This document shows, piece after piece, positions 47,937 through 57,612 of a DNA stretch of 64,000 bases. Location of the stretch: contig JASFYO010000036.1 in the NCBI GenBank assembly GCA_045047305.1, forward strand, positions 44,158-108,157, in the 5' to 3' direction. A model generated the notes under the pieces. It was given only the letters and a program-made list of their open reading frames with translations, was not told the origin of the DNA and ran no database searches. Source of the DNA: Planctomycetota bacterium (GTDB lineage: Bacteria; Planctomycetota; UBA1135). Made by a program: the position numbers and the translations under genes. Every line of letters starts with the position of its first letter. The stretch's first letter is position 1.

Positions 47937-49457
47937 TTAGCGCCGCCAATGGATGATACCTTTGAGCAACTTGGCCACACTAGGAGTCAAACGTGCCCCG
48001 CTTGCCTTATCGCCGAGCCGGCCCCAAATGGAAACCGAAGTTGGGTACGGGTGGATGATGCCCGACAACTCAGAGACCTTCATTCCTTTAGTCACGGCAA
48101 TCAGCATCTCGCCTAGGAGTTCTCCGGCATGCGCGCCTACAATCGTAGCGCCACGCAATTTTCCACTTTTACTTTCGAAGATGACCTTGGCGAAGCCCTC
48201 AGTCTCTCCCTCGAGAATATTGCGGTCAATCTCCGCAAACTCCATACGCAAACTCGAAAGTGCACATCCGGCCTTCTCCTCTTCGGAAGCATAGAGCCCA
48301 ACATGCGCCACTTCTGGATCGGTGTAAGTGCTCCACGGCATGGTTAGGTCACTCACCTTGCCGCGACCGAAGAAGAAGGCATTGCGAATCACGATGCGTG
48401 CCATGGCATCTGCCGCGTGAGTGAACTGAAAACCTCCAGCCACATCACCGGCAGCAAAAACTCTGGAGTTGGAAGTGCGTAGGCGGTCATCGACTTGCAC
48501 TCCGCGATTGTTGAACTCGATATGAGCCTTCTCTAGCCCGATGCCATTCACATTGGGACTGCGGCCGATGGCAATGAGAAGTTCTTCGCCCACGACTTCG
48601 CCTTCTTCACCAGCGCGATCAAAAATCAAAACTTTCTTGCCATCGCGTTGTTCTACACGGCTCATTTTGGCGCCAAGCTCAAACTGCACTCCATCCTTCA
48701 CCAATGCCGCTTGCACTAGCGCAGCAGCATCTGGATCTTCACGCGGAAGAATATGAGAATCCATCGCCACAATGGTGACCTTACATCCAAAGCGTGCGAA
48801 CGCCTGGGACATTTCCACCCCAATAGGTCCAGCACCGACAATCACTAAACTCTCAGGGAGTTCGGTCAGTGCAAACAAAGAAAGGTTAGTCAGATATCCG
48901 GCTTCCTCTAATCCAGGGGTTGGGAAAACTAAGGGGCGTGCGCCAGTAGCAATCACCGCGCGCTTGAAGCGGAGGGAACGCAAGTTGCCATCGTGAAGTT
49001 GGACCTCGATTAAGTTCTCGGCAGTGAACTGTCCTTCGCCAAGAAAGATGTCGATGCCGAGATCGCGGAAGCGCGGGGCGCCATCGTGGTGTCCGATGCC
49101 AGCACGTAAGCCACGCATGCGCGCCATGATCTTGGAAAAGCTGGCTTTCGCATCTGCGCCATTCTCAATGCCATAGTCCGCTGCGCGTCGCATCATGCCG
49201 AGGCGTTTGGAAACAGAGAGTAACCCTTTGGATGGAACGCAGCCGTAGTTCAGGCAGTCACCACCTAAAAGTTCACGCTCAATCATCGCAACCTTAGCGC
49301 CGAGCCCTGCCGCAATCGCTGCGCTAATCAAGCCAGCGGTTCCACCCCCGAGAACCACCATGTCGTAAAGCGGTTGCGCTTCTGGGTTGGTCCAATCATC
49401 GGGAGCAACTTGGGACTTCAGTTCCTGGTCGGCGGGGTCGTTTTCAAGTAGTACCAT
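47937..49457 (-). CDS. FAD-dependent pyridine nucleotide-disulfide oxidoreductase (MerA/Lpd-like, without the MerA C-terminal CC)
   Basis: GGGTAG, GGDCLNYGCVPSK, GAGPIGVE, FTHAAD, IHPYPT. Confidence 0.9.
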   Translation of the reverse strand: MVLLENDPADQELKSQVAPDDWTNPEAQPLYDMVVLGGGTAGLISAAIAAGLGAKVAMIERELLGGDCLNYGCVPSKGLLSVSKRLGMMRRAADYGIENGADAKASFSKIMARMRGLRAGIGHHDGAPRFRDLGIDIFLGEGQFTAENLIEVQLHDGNLRSLRFKRAVIATGARPLVFPTPGLEEAGYLTNLSLFALTELPESLVIVGAGPIGVEMSQAFARFGCKVTIVAMDSHILPREDPDAAALVQAALVKDGVQFELGAKMSRVEQRDGKKVLIFDRAGEEGEVVGEELLIAIGRSPNVNGIGLEKAHIEFNNRGVQVDDRLRTSNSRVFAAGDVAGGFQFTHAADAMARIVIRNAFFFGRGKVSDLTMPWSTYTDPEVAHVGLYASEEEKAGCALSSLRMEFAEIDRNILEGETEGFAKVIFESKSGKLRGATIVGAHAGELLGEMLIAVTKGMKVSELSGIIHPYPTSVSIWGRLGDKASGARLTPSVAKLLKGIIHWRR

Positions 49458-49459
49458 GA

Positions 49460-50164
49460 CTAAATCTCCTCCTGGACAGCCACTGCATTTGGTGCAGCTT
49501 CGGCAAGTGCGCGTTTCGCTGCTTTGGTTACAAATATCGTGACTACGATGGTCGCGGCAAGGCCGCCATACTTCATCCACAATCCTGCAGCACCAGTATC
49601 GCCCAACTCCCCGCTGGCAAGTTTGGTGATATCGCCCACCGCAGCGCCAAGATAAACGTACATCAAAGTGCCGGGCAGCATGCCGACAAAAGAGCCGAGA
49701 ACATAGTGCGAAAGTTTTGCGCGGGTTAAGCCGAAGGCATAATTCACGATGGAAAAGGGGAAAATCGGAGAGAGCCGCACCAACGTGATGATTTTGAGAC
49801 CCTCCTTCTCCACTGCTGTAGTGAGTGCGCTGAACTTTGGGTTATCCCCCATCTTTTGCTCAATGGAATTCCTAAAAACGCTACGTCCGAGCAAGAATGC
49901 AAACGTTGCCCCTAACACACTTGCTGGAGAAACGACTGCGGTGCCGATCCAAGGTCCATAGATGGCACCAATCATCAAAGTGATAAGAGAGCCCGGAATC
50001 ATCAACACGGTGGCGACTACATAGCCAAGCCCAACCACCACAGCGCCAAGCAATCCTTGATCGCGAACCCATTCCATAAAAGCTGGAAGATGTTCTTGGA
50101 GGTAAAGGAACCAAGCAGCAAGTGCGGCGCCAATCACCAGGAGGAAAAGTAGGATTTTCTTCAT
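49460..50164 (-). CDS. TVP38/TMEM64 (DedA/SNARE-associated) membrane protein
   Basis: MIPGSLITLMIGAIYG, GATFAFLLGR, LVRLSPIFPFSIVNYAFGLT, GMLPGT. Confidence 0.9.
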   Translation of the reverse strand: MKKILLFLLVIGAALAAWFLYLQEHLPAFMEWVRDQGLLGAVVVGLGYVVATVLMIPGSLITLMIGAIYGPWIGTAVVSPASVLGATFAFLLGRSVFRNSIEQKMGDNPKFSALTTAVEKEGLKIITLVRLSPIFPFSIVNYAFGLTRAKLSHYVLGSFVGMLPGTLMYVYLGAAVGDITKLASGELGDTGAAGLWMKYGGLAATIVVTIFVTKAAKRALAEAAPNAVAVQEEI

Positions 50165-50209
50165 GACAACCTATGTTCGTTCCGCCACGGACGGCGTGAC
50201 AGCATCCTA

Positions 50210-51169
50210 TCAAACTACGAGTGCTCCACCGCAACTGGAGCCAGCGCCGGCAGTGCATGCAAAACAATGATCGTCGACCTGAATCGCCAAGCCCGACATC
50301 TTGCCTAAATCCTTGAGGGTCAAGGCTTGCCCTTCTGGGCCAACCATCTCGAGCCCTTTCACCAAGTTGAAATCGCAATCAAACAAGCGGCCATCCCAAC
50401 GTAAGCTCAAAGCATTGCGGCACATGACAGAAGCAAGGGTCGCAGCGTTGTAGTTTTCACGCAGCAGATCCATGTATTGGTCATAACTCTGGGTGCGCTC
50501 CAGCCAATCCTTAAAACGATGAATCGGTTGATTGGTAATGGTGAGCAAGTGGTTGAAATGTATCCCAAACTTGGACTCCAGCTCAAGGTGGTAAGCCGGT
50601 TCTAGCTCTTCTTGCGCCGGCGGCAAACTCGCACCTACTGGGTTGTATACCAAGTGCAAATCCAAACCAGACCCTCGCATGCCAAAGCCAACCGCATTGA
50701 GTTGTTTCAGTCCAGCAATACTACGCTCAAAGACTCCGCGGCCACGTTGCTTGTCGACGTTCTCCTCGGAGTAGCAAGGCAAGGAGCAAAACAACTCCAC
50801 TTGATGCTCGGCGAAGAACTGCGGCAGATCCGACATGTCATCCTCAAACTGCACAGTGATGTTATGGCGCACCAAAACCTTGCGATCTAGAGCACGCGCT
50901 CCAACCACTAGGCGCCGGAAGTCGGGGTTCAGCTCAGGAGCACCACCGGTGATGTCGAGAGTATCGATTTCTGGGTTTACTGCTAAAAAAGTTAAAACAT
51001 CATCAATTAAGTGCGCCGGTGCGTTGTCCTCTGCACCACTCATCTTTGGCGAAGAATCTACATGGCAATGCAGGCACGCTTGATTGCATAAGCGTCCGAT
51101 GTTGAACTGAAGAACCGTGACCTGCGTCTTCCGAATCGGCGGAAAAACCGCAGTCTTAGTTTTTGGCAT
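50210..51169 (-). CDS. arsS: Radical SAM / Cys-rich protein, ArsS (TIGR04167) type
   Basis: LQFNIGRLCNQACLHCHV, LDITGGAPELN, SLPCY, LVYNP, VMCR, DCDFN, HCFACTAGAGSSCGGAL. Confidence 0.88.
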   Translation of the reverse strand: MPKTKTAVFPPIRKTQVTVLQFNIGRLCNQACLHCHVDSSPKMSGAEDNAPAHLIDDVLTFLAVNPEIDTLDITGGAPELNPDFRRLVVGARALDRKVLVRHNITVQFEDDMSDLPQFFAEHQVELFCSLPCYSEENVDKQRGRGVFERSIAGLKQLNAVGFGMRGSGLDLHLVYNPVGASLPPAQEELEPAYHLELESKFGIHFNHLLTITNQPIHRFKDWLERTQSYDQYMDLLRENYNAATLASVMCRNALSLRWDGRLFDCDFNLVKGLEMVGPEGQALTLKDLGKMSGLAIQVDDHCFACTAGAGSSCGGALVV

Positions 51170-52255
51170 CTAGCAACAACCCGTAGATGGAGCGTCAGCC
51201 AGCGTTTCGCCCTTTTCACTGAAACGCGTAAACAGACCCGCGAACGGCTCGCGATTCAGTTTATCGAAAGTTTGTGCATCGACGGCCACGCGGCAACCAC
51301 GGGAAAAGATGTTGCCGGCATCATCGGCGATTTCAGAAAACGGTCCGTGATAGACCACTTCTCCACCTTCGGCGCAGCAAGAAACTTCGAGCGGACGATA
51401 AGCGACCACGGTCATCGAGCGGAACTCAATGCCTTCGACGACCTGCCATGGCTCGGTTTGGCGCACCAAGATTTCTACATCTTCCATGCCAGCATCCAAA
51501 AATGCCTGCAAGAAAGCTTCTTCCTCAAATGCGCCGGAGATACAACCGGACCAGAGGTCGGCATCTTGCTGCAGATTGAGTGGCACTTCCTTATCGCACA
51601 CGATATCGGAGATAACTGCGCGCCCACCTGGCTTCAAGGTGCGGTAGATTTCATCGAACATTTGGCATTTGAGCTCTGGAGCTACCAAATTCAAAACGCA
51701 GTTGGATACCACGACGTCAATGCTGGCATCCTCCACCATGATTTCCTCACGGCCGAGGCGCTCGATTTCCATGTGCATGGCTTCATAACCAGCGACGTCG
51801 GCCACTGGATTTTTCTCCAACCAACCCTCCAAACGATCGAGGTTCAGCTTCAGGTCTTCGATGTTGCCGCGGTAGAAATCCACATTGCTCCATCCAATCT
51901 TTTCCGCAACTCCATCCTTGTGACGCCGTGCCAAATCCAGCATGTCTGGAGTCATATCAACGCCAATCACGTGACCTTCCGGGCCCACCACTTGACTCGC
52001 GATGTAACAAATCTTGCCACCACCACTACCAAGGTCGAGCACGGTCTCGCCGCTCTTTACGTATGCAGACGGATCGCCACAACCATAATCACGGTCGAGG
52101 ATTTCCTGCGGCATCACCTTGAGGTAACGCGCATCGTAATCCACTGGGCAGCACAACTCCGGTTGCACGGCGTTCGCACCTTCCGCATACCGCTCAGAGA
52201 CGGCATCGTTCACGGTGCGTGGTTGGAGATCTTCTAATCTTTCGGGGGAAGCCAT
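51170..52255 (-). CDS. arsM: Arsenite S-adenosylmethionine methyltransferase-like protein
   Basis: LCCP, YGCGDP, VLDLGSGGG, GVDMT, VVSNCVLNL, WSGCISGA (the four ArsM-type Cys positions), plus SCC and a terminal CC. Confidence 0.78.
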   Translation of the reverse strand: MASPERLEDLQPRTVNDAVSERYAEGANAVQPELCCPVDYDARYLKVMPQEILDRDYGCGDPSAYVKSGETVLDLGSGGGKICYIASQVVGPEGHVIGVDMTPDMLDLARRHKDGVAEKIGWSNVDFYRGNIEDLKLNLDRLEGWLEKNPVADVAGYEAMHMEIERLGREEIMVEDASIDVVVSNCVLNLVAPELKCQMFDEIYRTLKPGGRAVISDIVCDKEVPLNLQQDADLWSGCISGAFEEEAFLQAFLDAGMEDVEILVRQTEPWQVVEGIEFRSMTVVAYRPLEVSCCAEGGEVVYHGPFSEIADDAGNIFSRGCRVAVDAQTFDKLNREPFAGLFTRFSEKGETLADAPSTGCC

Positions 52256-53082
52256 TGATTCAGGGACCAGTCGTAATCGCGGTATTTCAGTTTGACCTTC
52301 GCAAGTGCCTTATCCCCCACTAGGGAGCTTGGGCCGAAGTCGAGCAGTAGTTTACGAATTCCACCGGGATAGGTGTCCAACTCATCCTCTGCCCAATCGA
52401 AAATCTTTGAGATGCGCAATTTGCCACCCGAAATCACGGTGTTATTCCGTTTCCTATCGGCCAAAAAGGTGCGCGCTTGATCCTGAAGCTGCTCCTCTAG
52501 CTTCTCTCCGGTGTAAGCCTCCGCACGCAACATGGGGCAACTTGTGGAGGCGCAAACCACGGCAAAGTGAAATAGGGGCTTGCTTGAAATCGGGAATAGG
52601 ATTTCATGCTCCAGCTCACCCAAACTTAGCTCCTTCTTGCGGCTCGCCTTCGCCCGAGGATCCACATTTACCAACTTTTGCAAAGGGATGTAGCGCTTAT
52701 CGAAAACGCTAGAAAAAAAGCCACCCATGTCTTTAATCGAATCCACGGGGTAGTTGTCTAACACCAACTGAATCGCATAAGCGTTGTAGGCATTGATCCA
52801 AAATGCTTCGCGTTGACTACCAGTCCAACCACGGAACTGCTTGGGGCTCACGCCTTCCAAACTGGAGATATACAGGTTGAACTGATTGCGATCGCGCTGA
52901 AGCCCCGCGTAATCCACCAAGCCCCCTTCATGTACATGCTCTTGGAGCAAGGCATTCCACACCGTATGCTCCTGATCGAAAAAACTGGCAGCCGTATCTT
53001 GAGCCTCCACTACTCCCCCAAGCAGGATGGCCCCGGCTACCAGCAGTCCTCGTATTCCAGTTTTAGTTAGAATCGTCGTCAT
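52234..53082 (-). CDS. Exported DUF547 protein
   Basis: GLVDYAGL, AFWINAYNAYAI, LEHEIL, HFAVVCASTSCPML, SKIFDW, YDWSLN. Confidence 0.9.
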   Translation of the reverse strand: MTTILTKTGIRGLLVAGAILLGGVVEAQDTAASFFDQEHTVWNALLQEHVHEGGLVDYAGLQRDRNQFNLYISSLEGVSPKQFRGWTGSQREAFWINAYNAYAIQLVLDNYPVDSIKDMGGFFSSVFDKRYIPLQKLVNVDPRAKASRKKELSLGELEHEILFPISSKPLFHFAVVCASTSCPMLRAEAYTGEKLEEQLQDQARTFLADRKRNNTVISGGKLRISKIFDWAEDELDTYPGGIRKLLLDFGPSSLVGDKALAKVKLKYRDYDWSLNQWLPPKD

Positions 53083-53128
53083 CACATGCGTCTTCGACAT
53101 AGACACTGCTTCGTGACAGAATAATCCG

Positions 53129-53767
53129 ATGAATTCCTCCTCTTTTTCGCTGCCTGCGGTTTTGGTGATGGCCCGCCATTGGGCAGTGGGCCCCGTAAAA
53201 ACACGCTTAGCTGCTGGCATCGGCCAACAACGCGCGCGTGAAGTTTATCGGGACATGGCCGAGCAACTGTGGGAAAACATCTCTAACCCTCTTCTTAGTC
53301 GTCATTTATGGGTTTCTCCAGCAGAGGAATTAGAGGCCTGCCACGCCTGGCTCCAAGGCGCCGACCGCACTTTGCCACAACCACAGGGAGACCTCGGGGA
53401 ACGCATGCTCGCTGCCTTTGAGGACGCGAAATCTAACCCTTGGGCGGCGATCATTGGCACAGACTGCCCAGCAATCAACGCTGAAATCATCCTCCAAGCA
53501 GGAGCAGCCCTGACCAAGGCCGACGTCTTCCTCATCCCCACCTTCGATGGCGGCTATGCGCTTATGGCCCTTAACCAGCCGCAGCCAGGCTTATTTGAAA
53601 ATATGCCGTGGAGTACTTCCAACGTTCTCCAGCACACCTTAGACCGCGCAAAAGACTTGGATCTTCGTGTCATGCTTGGCGAAACCCAGCGAGACCTCGA
53701 TAATTTAGAAGACCTTCAGATTTTGCAATCAGAAGGTCTGCTTAGAAAGGATGAAGGCCTCACTTAG
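53129..53767 (+). CDS. TIGR04282-type (DUF2064) glycosyltransferase-like protein, rSAM/arsenosugar-associated
   Basis: GPVKTRLA, QGDLGERM, IIGTDCP, PTFDGGYAL, MPWST, DLDNLEDL. Confidence 0.9.
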   Translation: MNSSSFSLPAVLVMARHWAVGPVKTRLAAGIGQQRAREVYRDMAEQLWENISNPLLSRHLWVSPAEELEACHAWLQGADRTLPQPQGDLGERMLAAFEDAKSNPWAAIIGTDCPAINAEIILQAGAALTKADVFLIPTFDGGYALMALNQPQPGLFENMPWSTSNVLQHTLDRAKDLDLRVMLGETQRDLDNLEDLQILQSEGLLRKDEGLT

Positions 53768-54311
53768 ACTTGGATTTCGACTTCGACGCAATTGCCGAGC
53801 GTTGCCGAAACTCCAATTTGGTGATCTTCCAGAGGTCCTCGCGCTCCACTCCGCTATCAATCTTGCGGCCTCTGCCTTGTGGGGCAATCGGTTGCAGATT
53901 CAAGACAGTCGTGCGCACTCGAGGCATGAATAGTTCCGAGTTGAACAAGAAGGCTCGCATCTGATCGCGACGGAAGCCTGAATCCCCTTCCTCAAACTCA
54001 ATCTCGAAGATTTTGTCCTCGTAATTCTTCTGCGGGCGCTCACGCATTTTCACATTGATCGTACCCATCTGCGCAGGGTCGTAAGCCTGAGCCTGGAAAT
54101 GTGCGCGAAAGTAAAACTCTTCGTTGCTCTTGGGAGCATTCTCTCGCCGAACCGCGAGGTCGTCGGTAGTCTCCCAAATTAGCTTGTAAAGCCGTTGGTG
54201 GTTATCCATGGCTGACTTCCAACTGGAACGGTTGGAGATGGACCAAAAACGCCCGCCGATGGCTGCAAGAGCCAAACCCATCAGTAGGTACAGAGTAGTG
54301 CGGTTATTCAT
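53760..54311 (-). CDS. Membrane-anchored hypothetical protein, possible GspM/PilO-like partner
   Basis: N-terminal TM; directly downstream of a PilM/GspL-like gene. Confidence 0.45.
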   Translation of the reverse strand: MNNRTTLYLLMGLALAAIGGRFWSISNRSSWKSAMDNHQRLYKLIWETTDDLAVRRENAPKSNEEFYFRAHFQAQAYDPAQMGTINVKMRERPQKNYEDKIFEIEFEEGDSGFRRDQMRAFLFNSELFMPRVRTTVLNLQPIAPQGRGRKIDSGVEREDLWKITKLEFRQRSAIASKSKSKSK

Positions 54312-56099
54312 TTACCCGTCCTCCGGCCCTATCGGTTTCCCCGCCAAAATCTTGACCGAGACGATTCCAGTTTTAGCACCTTCCACCGCGGCATTTTCCG
54401 TACTTGGAAGAGAAGGACTGCCCATGGTCCAGGGCTCAGCTTTGAGATTTGCAAGCAGACGGTCGAAACGGCCAATGAAACTACCGCTCCCGTCTGGGAA
54501 AATCGTGATGCCAAATTTCACGTTGACGTGAGAATCTTCTTTGCTTCTGGCATCGATGGAGTTGAAGGCGAAGCTCTCAATCATCCAACGTCCTTCGTAG
54601 TCACTCATCTCGTCTTCGAGGAAAAGCATGAGCAAGCGCCAAGCTTCTAAACACGAGGGGGGCATTTCCAAATCAGCCTCGCCCATGAGTTCGTCGAGCT
54701 GTTTTTTGGCCTTCATCATGTTGCTACTTAGCAAGTTGATGCGATTCGCTTCCGAGACATCGGTACCCGCGAAGTTGTTCTTGATGATCCAAGCATCGGG
54801 GTATTCTTCGTCTTCTCGGACCTTGGTGTTTAAGGCTTCGATCTTGGCATTCGCGCGCGCGTAAATCGCGTTGGAATCAATCTTGTAGCGCTGGGCTACT
54901 TTCAAGTTAATCGCCAACTCAAAAGCGAAGAACACAATCAATCCAACCAAGGCCAAAGTGAGGGAGCCTTCGATGCGCTCCAGTCCGCGTGCATAGCGGA
55001 ACTCTTCTTGGCGGAAGTTCATCGCTGCGGTGTCGACACCAATGCCACGCATAGCTGCGCCAAGTGCAACCGCAGAAGGCTCTTCGCCTTGACTGCCGTC
55101 TAGCCCCAAAGACAACGGTGCAACTTCTCGGCCCAAACGTGCTTGAAGATGTTCTTCCAGGCCGGGAATCGAAGCGCCAAGCAAATAAACCGGTCCAGCC
55201 TGGCTGCCTAAGGCAACCAAAGCACGCCGTACCTCTTTTACAATGCGGGTTAGAAAGCCTTGAATCTGGCCTTCATCCGCCATTTCAAGCGCCGTTTCTA
55301 ATCCGATTCCAAATGGCAGGGAGGCATCTCCACCCAAAGCCAATTGCGTAGTTTCGTCTTCGCCTTCGCTTTCTTCACTGGCGGCAGGCTCCTCGCCAGC
55401 TTCCTCTTCCGCTGGCTCATCCTCCGCGACCGCTTCGACCACGGCTTCGGCAATCTCGCAACCGCGGGTAAGTTCGCGCCAGCCCATCGGCAAGGCACGC
55501 GAACCGCGCAAAGTGCCATCTTGATTTAGCAGCAACAGCAGACTCGATTCCGAACCAATCTCAAGGTAGGTTTCGAGTTCATCTTCAGCGCCAGATGCAG
55601 AACGCGGTAACGCTTGCAATGCGGTGTAAAGACTGCCGTGGGAAAGAGTGATAACAGGTGGATCCCAATCCGCAGCCCCCATGATGTCGAGAGCGGAAGA
55701 AACGCGTTCCTTCTGCAGCACACTGACCAACAAAGTTGGGGTGGCGCGGCCATCACTGAGTTCGATGAAGTCGGCAATGACATCCTCGAACGAAAGGTGG
55801 TACAGCTCCGATTCAATTTCAAACTTGAGCACCTGCATGACCTTTTCACGGTCACTAAAGGGAAGGCTCAGTTCGCGCATCACCACACCGGAAGCCGGCA
55901 GAGTGACGACCACCTGATCTACCTTGCCGCTTTTCACGGTGTCGGAGATCAGCTTGCCGAGAAGCTTGCTGTTTTGGAGATCCTCAGGGCGGTAAACCGC
56001 ACCCCCGGATGACTTCACGGAGTACTTTTTCGCACTGCCTTCAAGCAGAACGTAGTCGAAACCGTGAGATTGGAGATGAATGCCGAGGCTGGTTGCCAT
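54312..56099 (-). CDS. PilM-PilN fusion / GspL-like protein
   Basis: Actin-like N-terminus (SLGIHL, VVMRELSLPF, LEIGSESS, ALGAAMRG, MNFRQEEF), one TM, periplasmic domain. Confidence 0.7.
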   Translation of the reverse strand: MATSLGIHLQSHGFDYVLLEGSAKKYSVKSSGGAVYRPEDLQNSKLLGKLISDTVKSGKVDQVVVTLPASGVVMRELSLPFSDREKVMQVLKFEIESELYHLSFEDVIADFIELSDGRATPTLLVSVLQKERVSSALDIMGAADWDPPVITLSHGSLYTALQALPRSASGAEDELETYLEIGSESSLLLLLNQDGTLRGSRALPMGWRELTRGCEIAEAVVEAVAEDEPAEEEAGEEPAASEESEGEDETTQLALGGDASLPFGIGLETALEMADEGQIQGFLTRIVKEVRRALVALGSQAGPVYLLGASIPGLEEHLQARLGREVAPLSLGLDGSQGEEPSAVALGAAMRGIGVDTAAMNFRQEEFRYARGLERIEGSLTLALVGLIVFFAFELAINLKVAQRYKIDSNAIYARANAKIEALNTKVREDEEYPDAWIIKNNFAGTDVSEANRINLLSSNMMKAKKQLDELMGEADLEMPPSCLEAWRLLMLFLEDEMSDYEGRWMIESFAFNSIDARSKEDSHVNVKFGITIFPDGSGSFIGRFDRLLANLKAEPWTMGSPSLPSTENAAVEGAKTGIVSVKILAGKPIGPEDG

Positions 56100-56116
56100 G
56101 CGATCAGGCCATCAGG

Positions 56117-56509
56117 TTAGCGGGGAGGAGGGCTCGGGGCTACTGTCCGAGGCTCTCTAAGATCTGCAGCGACCAATCTTTGGTCGGCGCGAAGGATGCG
56201 ATAAGCCAAAAGTGACTCAAAACGCTGGTCAAGACTTACCCATTCGGAGTCCACTGCAGCCATTTGTTGCTCCAATAAAGTAACGCGTTCCCGCTCATAA
56301 GCGAAAAGGATAATGCGTAAGTCTTCCGCCTGGCTCGGATCGAGTTGCAGAAGGTCAATCATTCCCTCGGCGTAAGCGCGGAGATCGGCCGGCAATTCCT
56401 CTAGGATTTCATCATGGGTGCCCATGGAAGTGGACTGCCCGACCAAAAAACCTGCAAGGAAAGTCACTAGGGCAGGCAACAGAATGCGCTTCCAAGGAGC
56501 TGGGCTCAT
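56117..56509 (-). CDS. Small membrane/periplasmic helical protein in the ECF operon
   Basis: TM segment (VTFLAGFLVG) followed by LQLDPSQAEDLRIIL, typical of third genes in ECF/anti-sigma operons. Confidence 0.55.
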   Translation of the reverse strand: MSPAPWKRILLPALVTFLAGFLVGQSTSMGTHDEILEELPADLRAYAEGMIDLLQLDPSQAEDLRIILFAYERERVTLLEQQMAAVDSEWVSLDQRFESLLAYRILRADQRLVAADLREPRTVAPSPPPR

Positions 56510-56964
56510 TAATGCGTGACGCCGGGTTCTGCTGGCGGACGATTGAGTAGTTCCTCAATCGCGGCATCGATATCACTCGATTGGCTGGCATAAGTGTCTT
56601 GGGGGGCGCTGTTCAAGAAATGCTCGGTTAGCCACATGCCCATCCCGAGGCTAAGCAAAAGGGCTGCCGCCACATTCCATGTGCGTAAGGCCCGGGAAAC
56701 CTGAAAGACTTCGTTGGCCATGCCATCTTCAAAGCGTAGACGCATACGCTCCAACTGAAGTTCACTCGGAGCTGCTGGCTGCAACAAAGCCAAGTCTTCT
56801 CGCAAACTGCGCCATTCTTGCAATTGAGCACGTGATTCCGGGCTCTCCATGAGGTGGGCGCGGACTTCCGCAGCGTCCAAATCGGAACACTCGCCATCAA
56901 ACCAAGCGCCCAAGCGCCCTTGCCAATTCTTAGGCACTCCCCCATCCGTAGCATGCTGTTTCAT
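56509..56964 (-). CDS. Anti-sigma factor (zf-HC2-like, Cys replaced by Ser)
   Basis: LGAWFDGE...VRAHLMESPESR followed by a TM helix with AAALLL. Confidence 0.75.
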   Translation of the reverse strand: MKQHATDGGVPKNWQGRLGAWFDGECSDLDAAEVRAHLMESPESRAQLQEWRSLREDLALLQPAAPSELQLERMRLRFEDGMANEVFQVSRALRTWNVAAALLLSLGMGMWLTEHFLNSAPQDTYASQSSDIDAAIEELLNRPPAEPGVTH

Positions 56965-57569
56965 CGTTCTACCCCCATACGTTTTAACTCTTTCGCCAAT
57001 CGCTCACGCGCACGGAAAATACGCGACTCAATAGTCCCTTGTTTCGCATCCAAAATCCGCGCAATGTCGCGATAGGCCAGCCCCTGCAGCTCGCGTAGAA
57101 CTAAAACCTCGCGGAACTTATCGGGAAGCCGATCCAGCGCATCGCGCACCATTTGTGCACGTTCAGCGCGCGACGCTGCCTCAACCGGAGTTTCCGTAGC
57201 CGCTGGGAAAGTCGGGTCGGCGGCCTGATCGGTAACCACACTCATATCCATGGCTCTTGTTTGACGCACGACCTTGCGGCGGTGATCGCGCAAGGTGTTC
57301 AAGGCGACCTGATAAAGCCAAGTGGAAAGTGCCGCTTCACCGCGAAAAGTGCTGATGCGGCGCTGCACCTTGAGAAAGACCTCCTGAACCCCGTCTTCCG
57401 CATCCTTGGGAGCAAGGCCAGTGCGCAAAGCAAGGCCATAAATCTTCGAACCATAGTCCCGGAACAGCTCCTCGAGCTGGTGCGGCGCAACCTTTGGCTG
57501 CGGTGGGTTCGGTTTATTCGGCAGGGACATAGCCACGATGGGACTTAAGACGCCACATCCTAGTGACAT
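56961..57569 (-). CDS. ECF-family RNA polymerase sigma factor
   Basis: DAEDGVQEVFLK, FRGEAALSTWLYQVALN, LPDKFREVLVLRE, GTIESRIFRARERL. Confidence 0.93.
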   Translation of the reverse strand: MSLGCGVLSPIVAMSLPNKPNPPQPKVAPHQLEELFRDYGSKIYGLALRTGLAPKDAEDGVQEVFLKVQRRISTFRGEAALSTWLYQVALNTLRDHRRKVVRQTRAMDMSVVTDQAADPTFPAATETPVEAASRAERAQMVRDALDRLPDKFREVLVLRELQGLAYRDIARILDAKQGTIESRIFRARERLAKELKRMGVER

Positions 57570-57612
57570 CTTCCTAGCCTACCCAGACTTCTTGCTTTGT
57601 GCCTAGAGCGGA

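Noticed and set aside
50210..50260. Selenocysteine in the ArsS C-terminal GSS(C/U)GG motif
   Set aside because: The codon is TGC (Cys); there is no in-frame TGA.
51272..52237. 321-aa + strand ORF, and similar long ORFs at 35397-36173, 45143-45964 and 19004-19672
   Set aside because: These are antisense shadows of well-supported genes and have no recognisable motifs.
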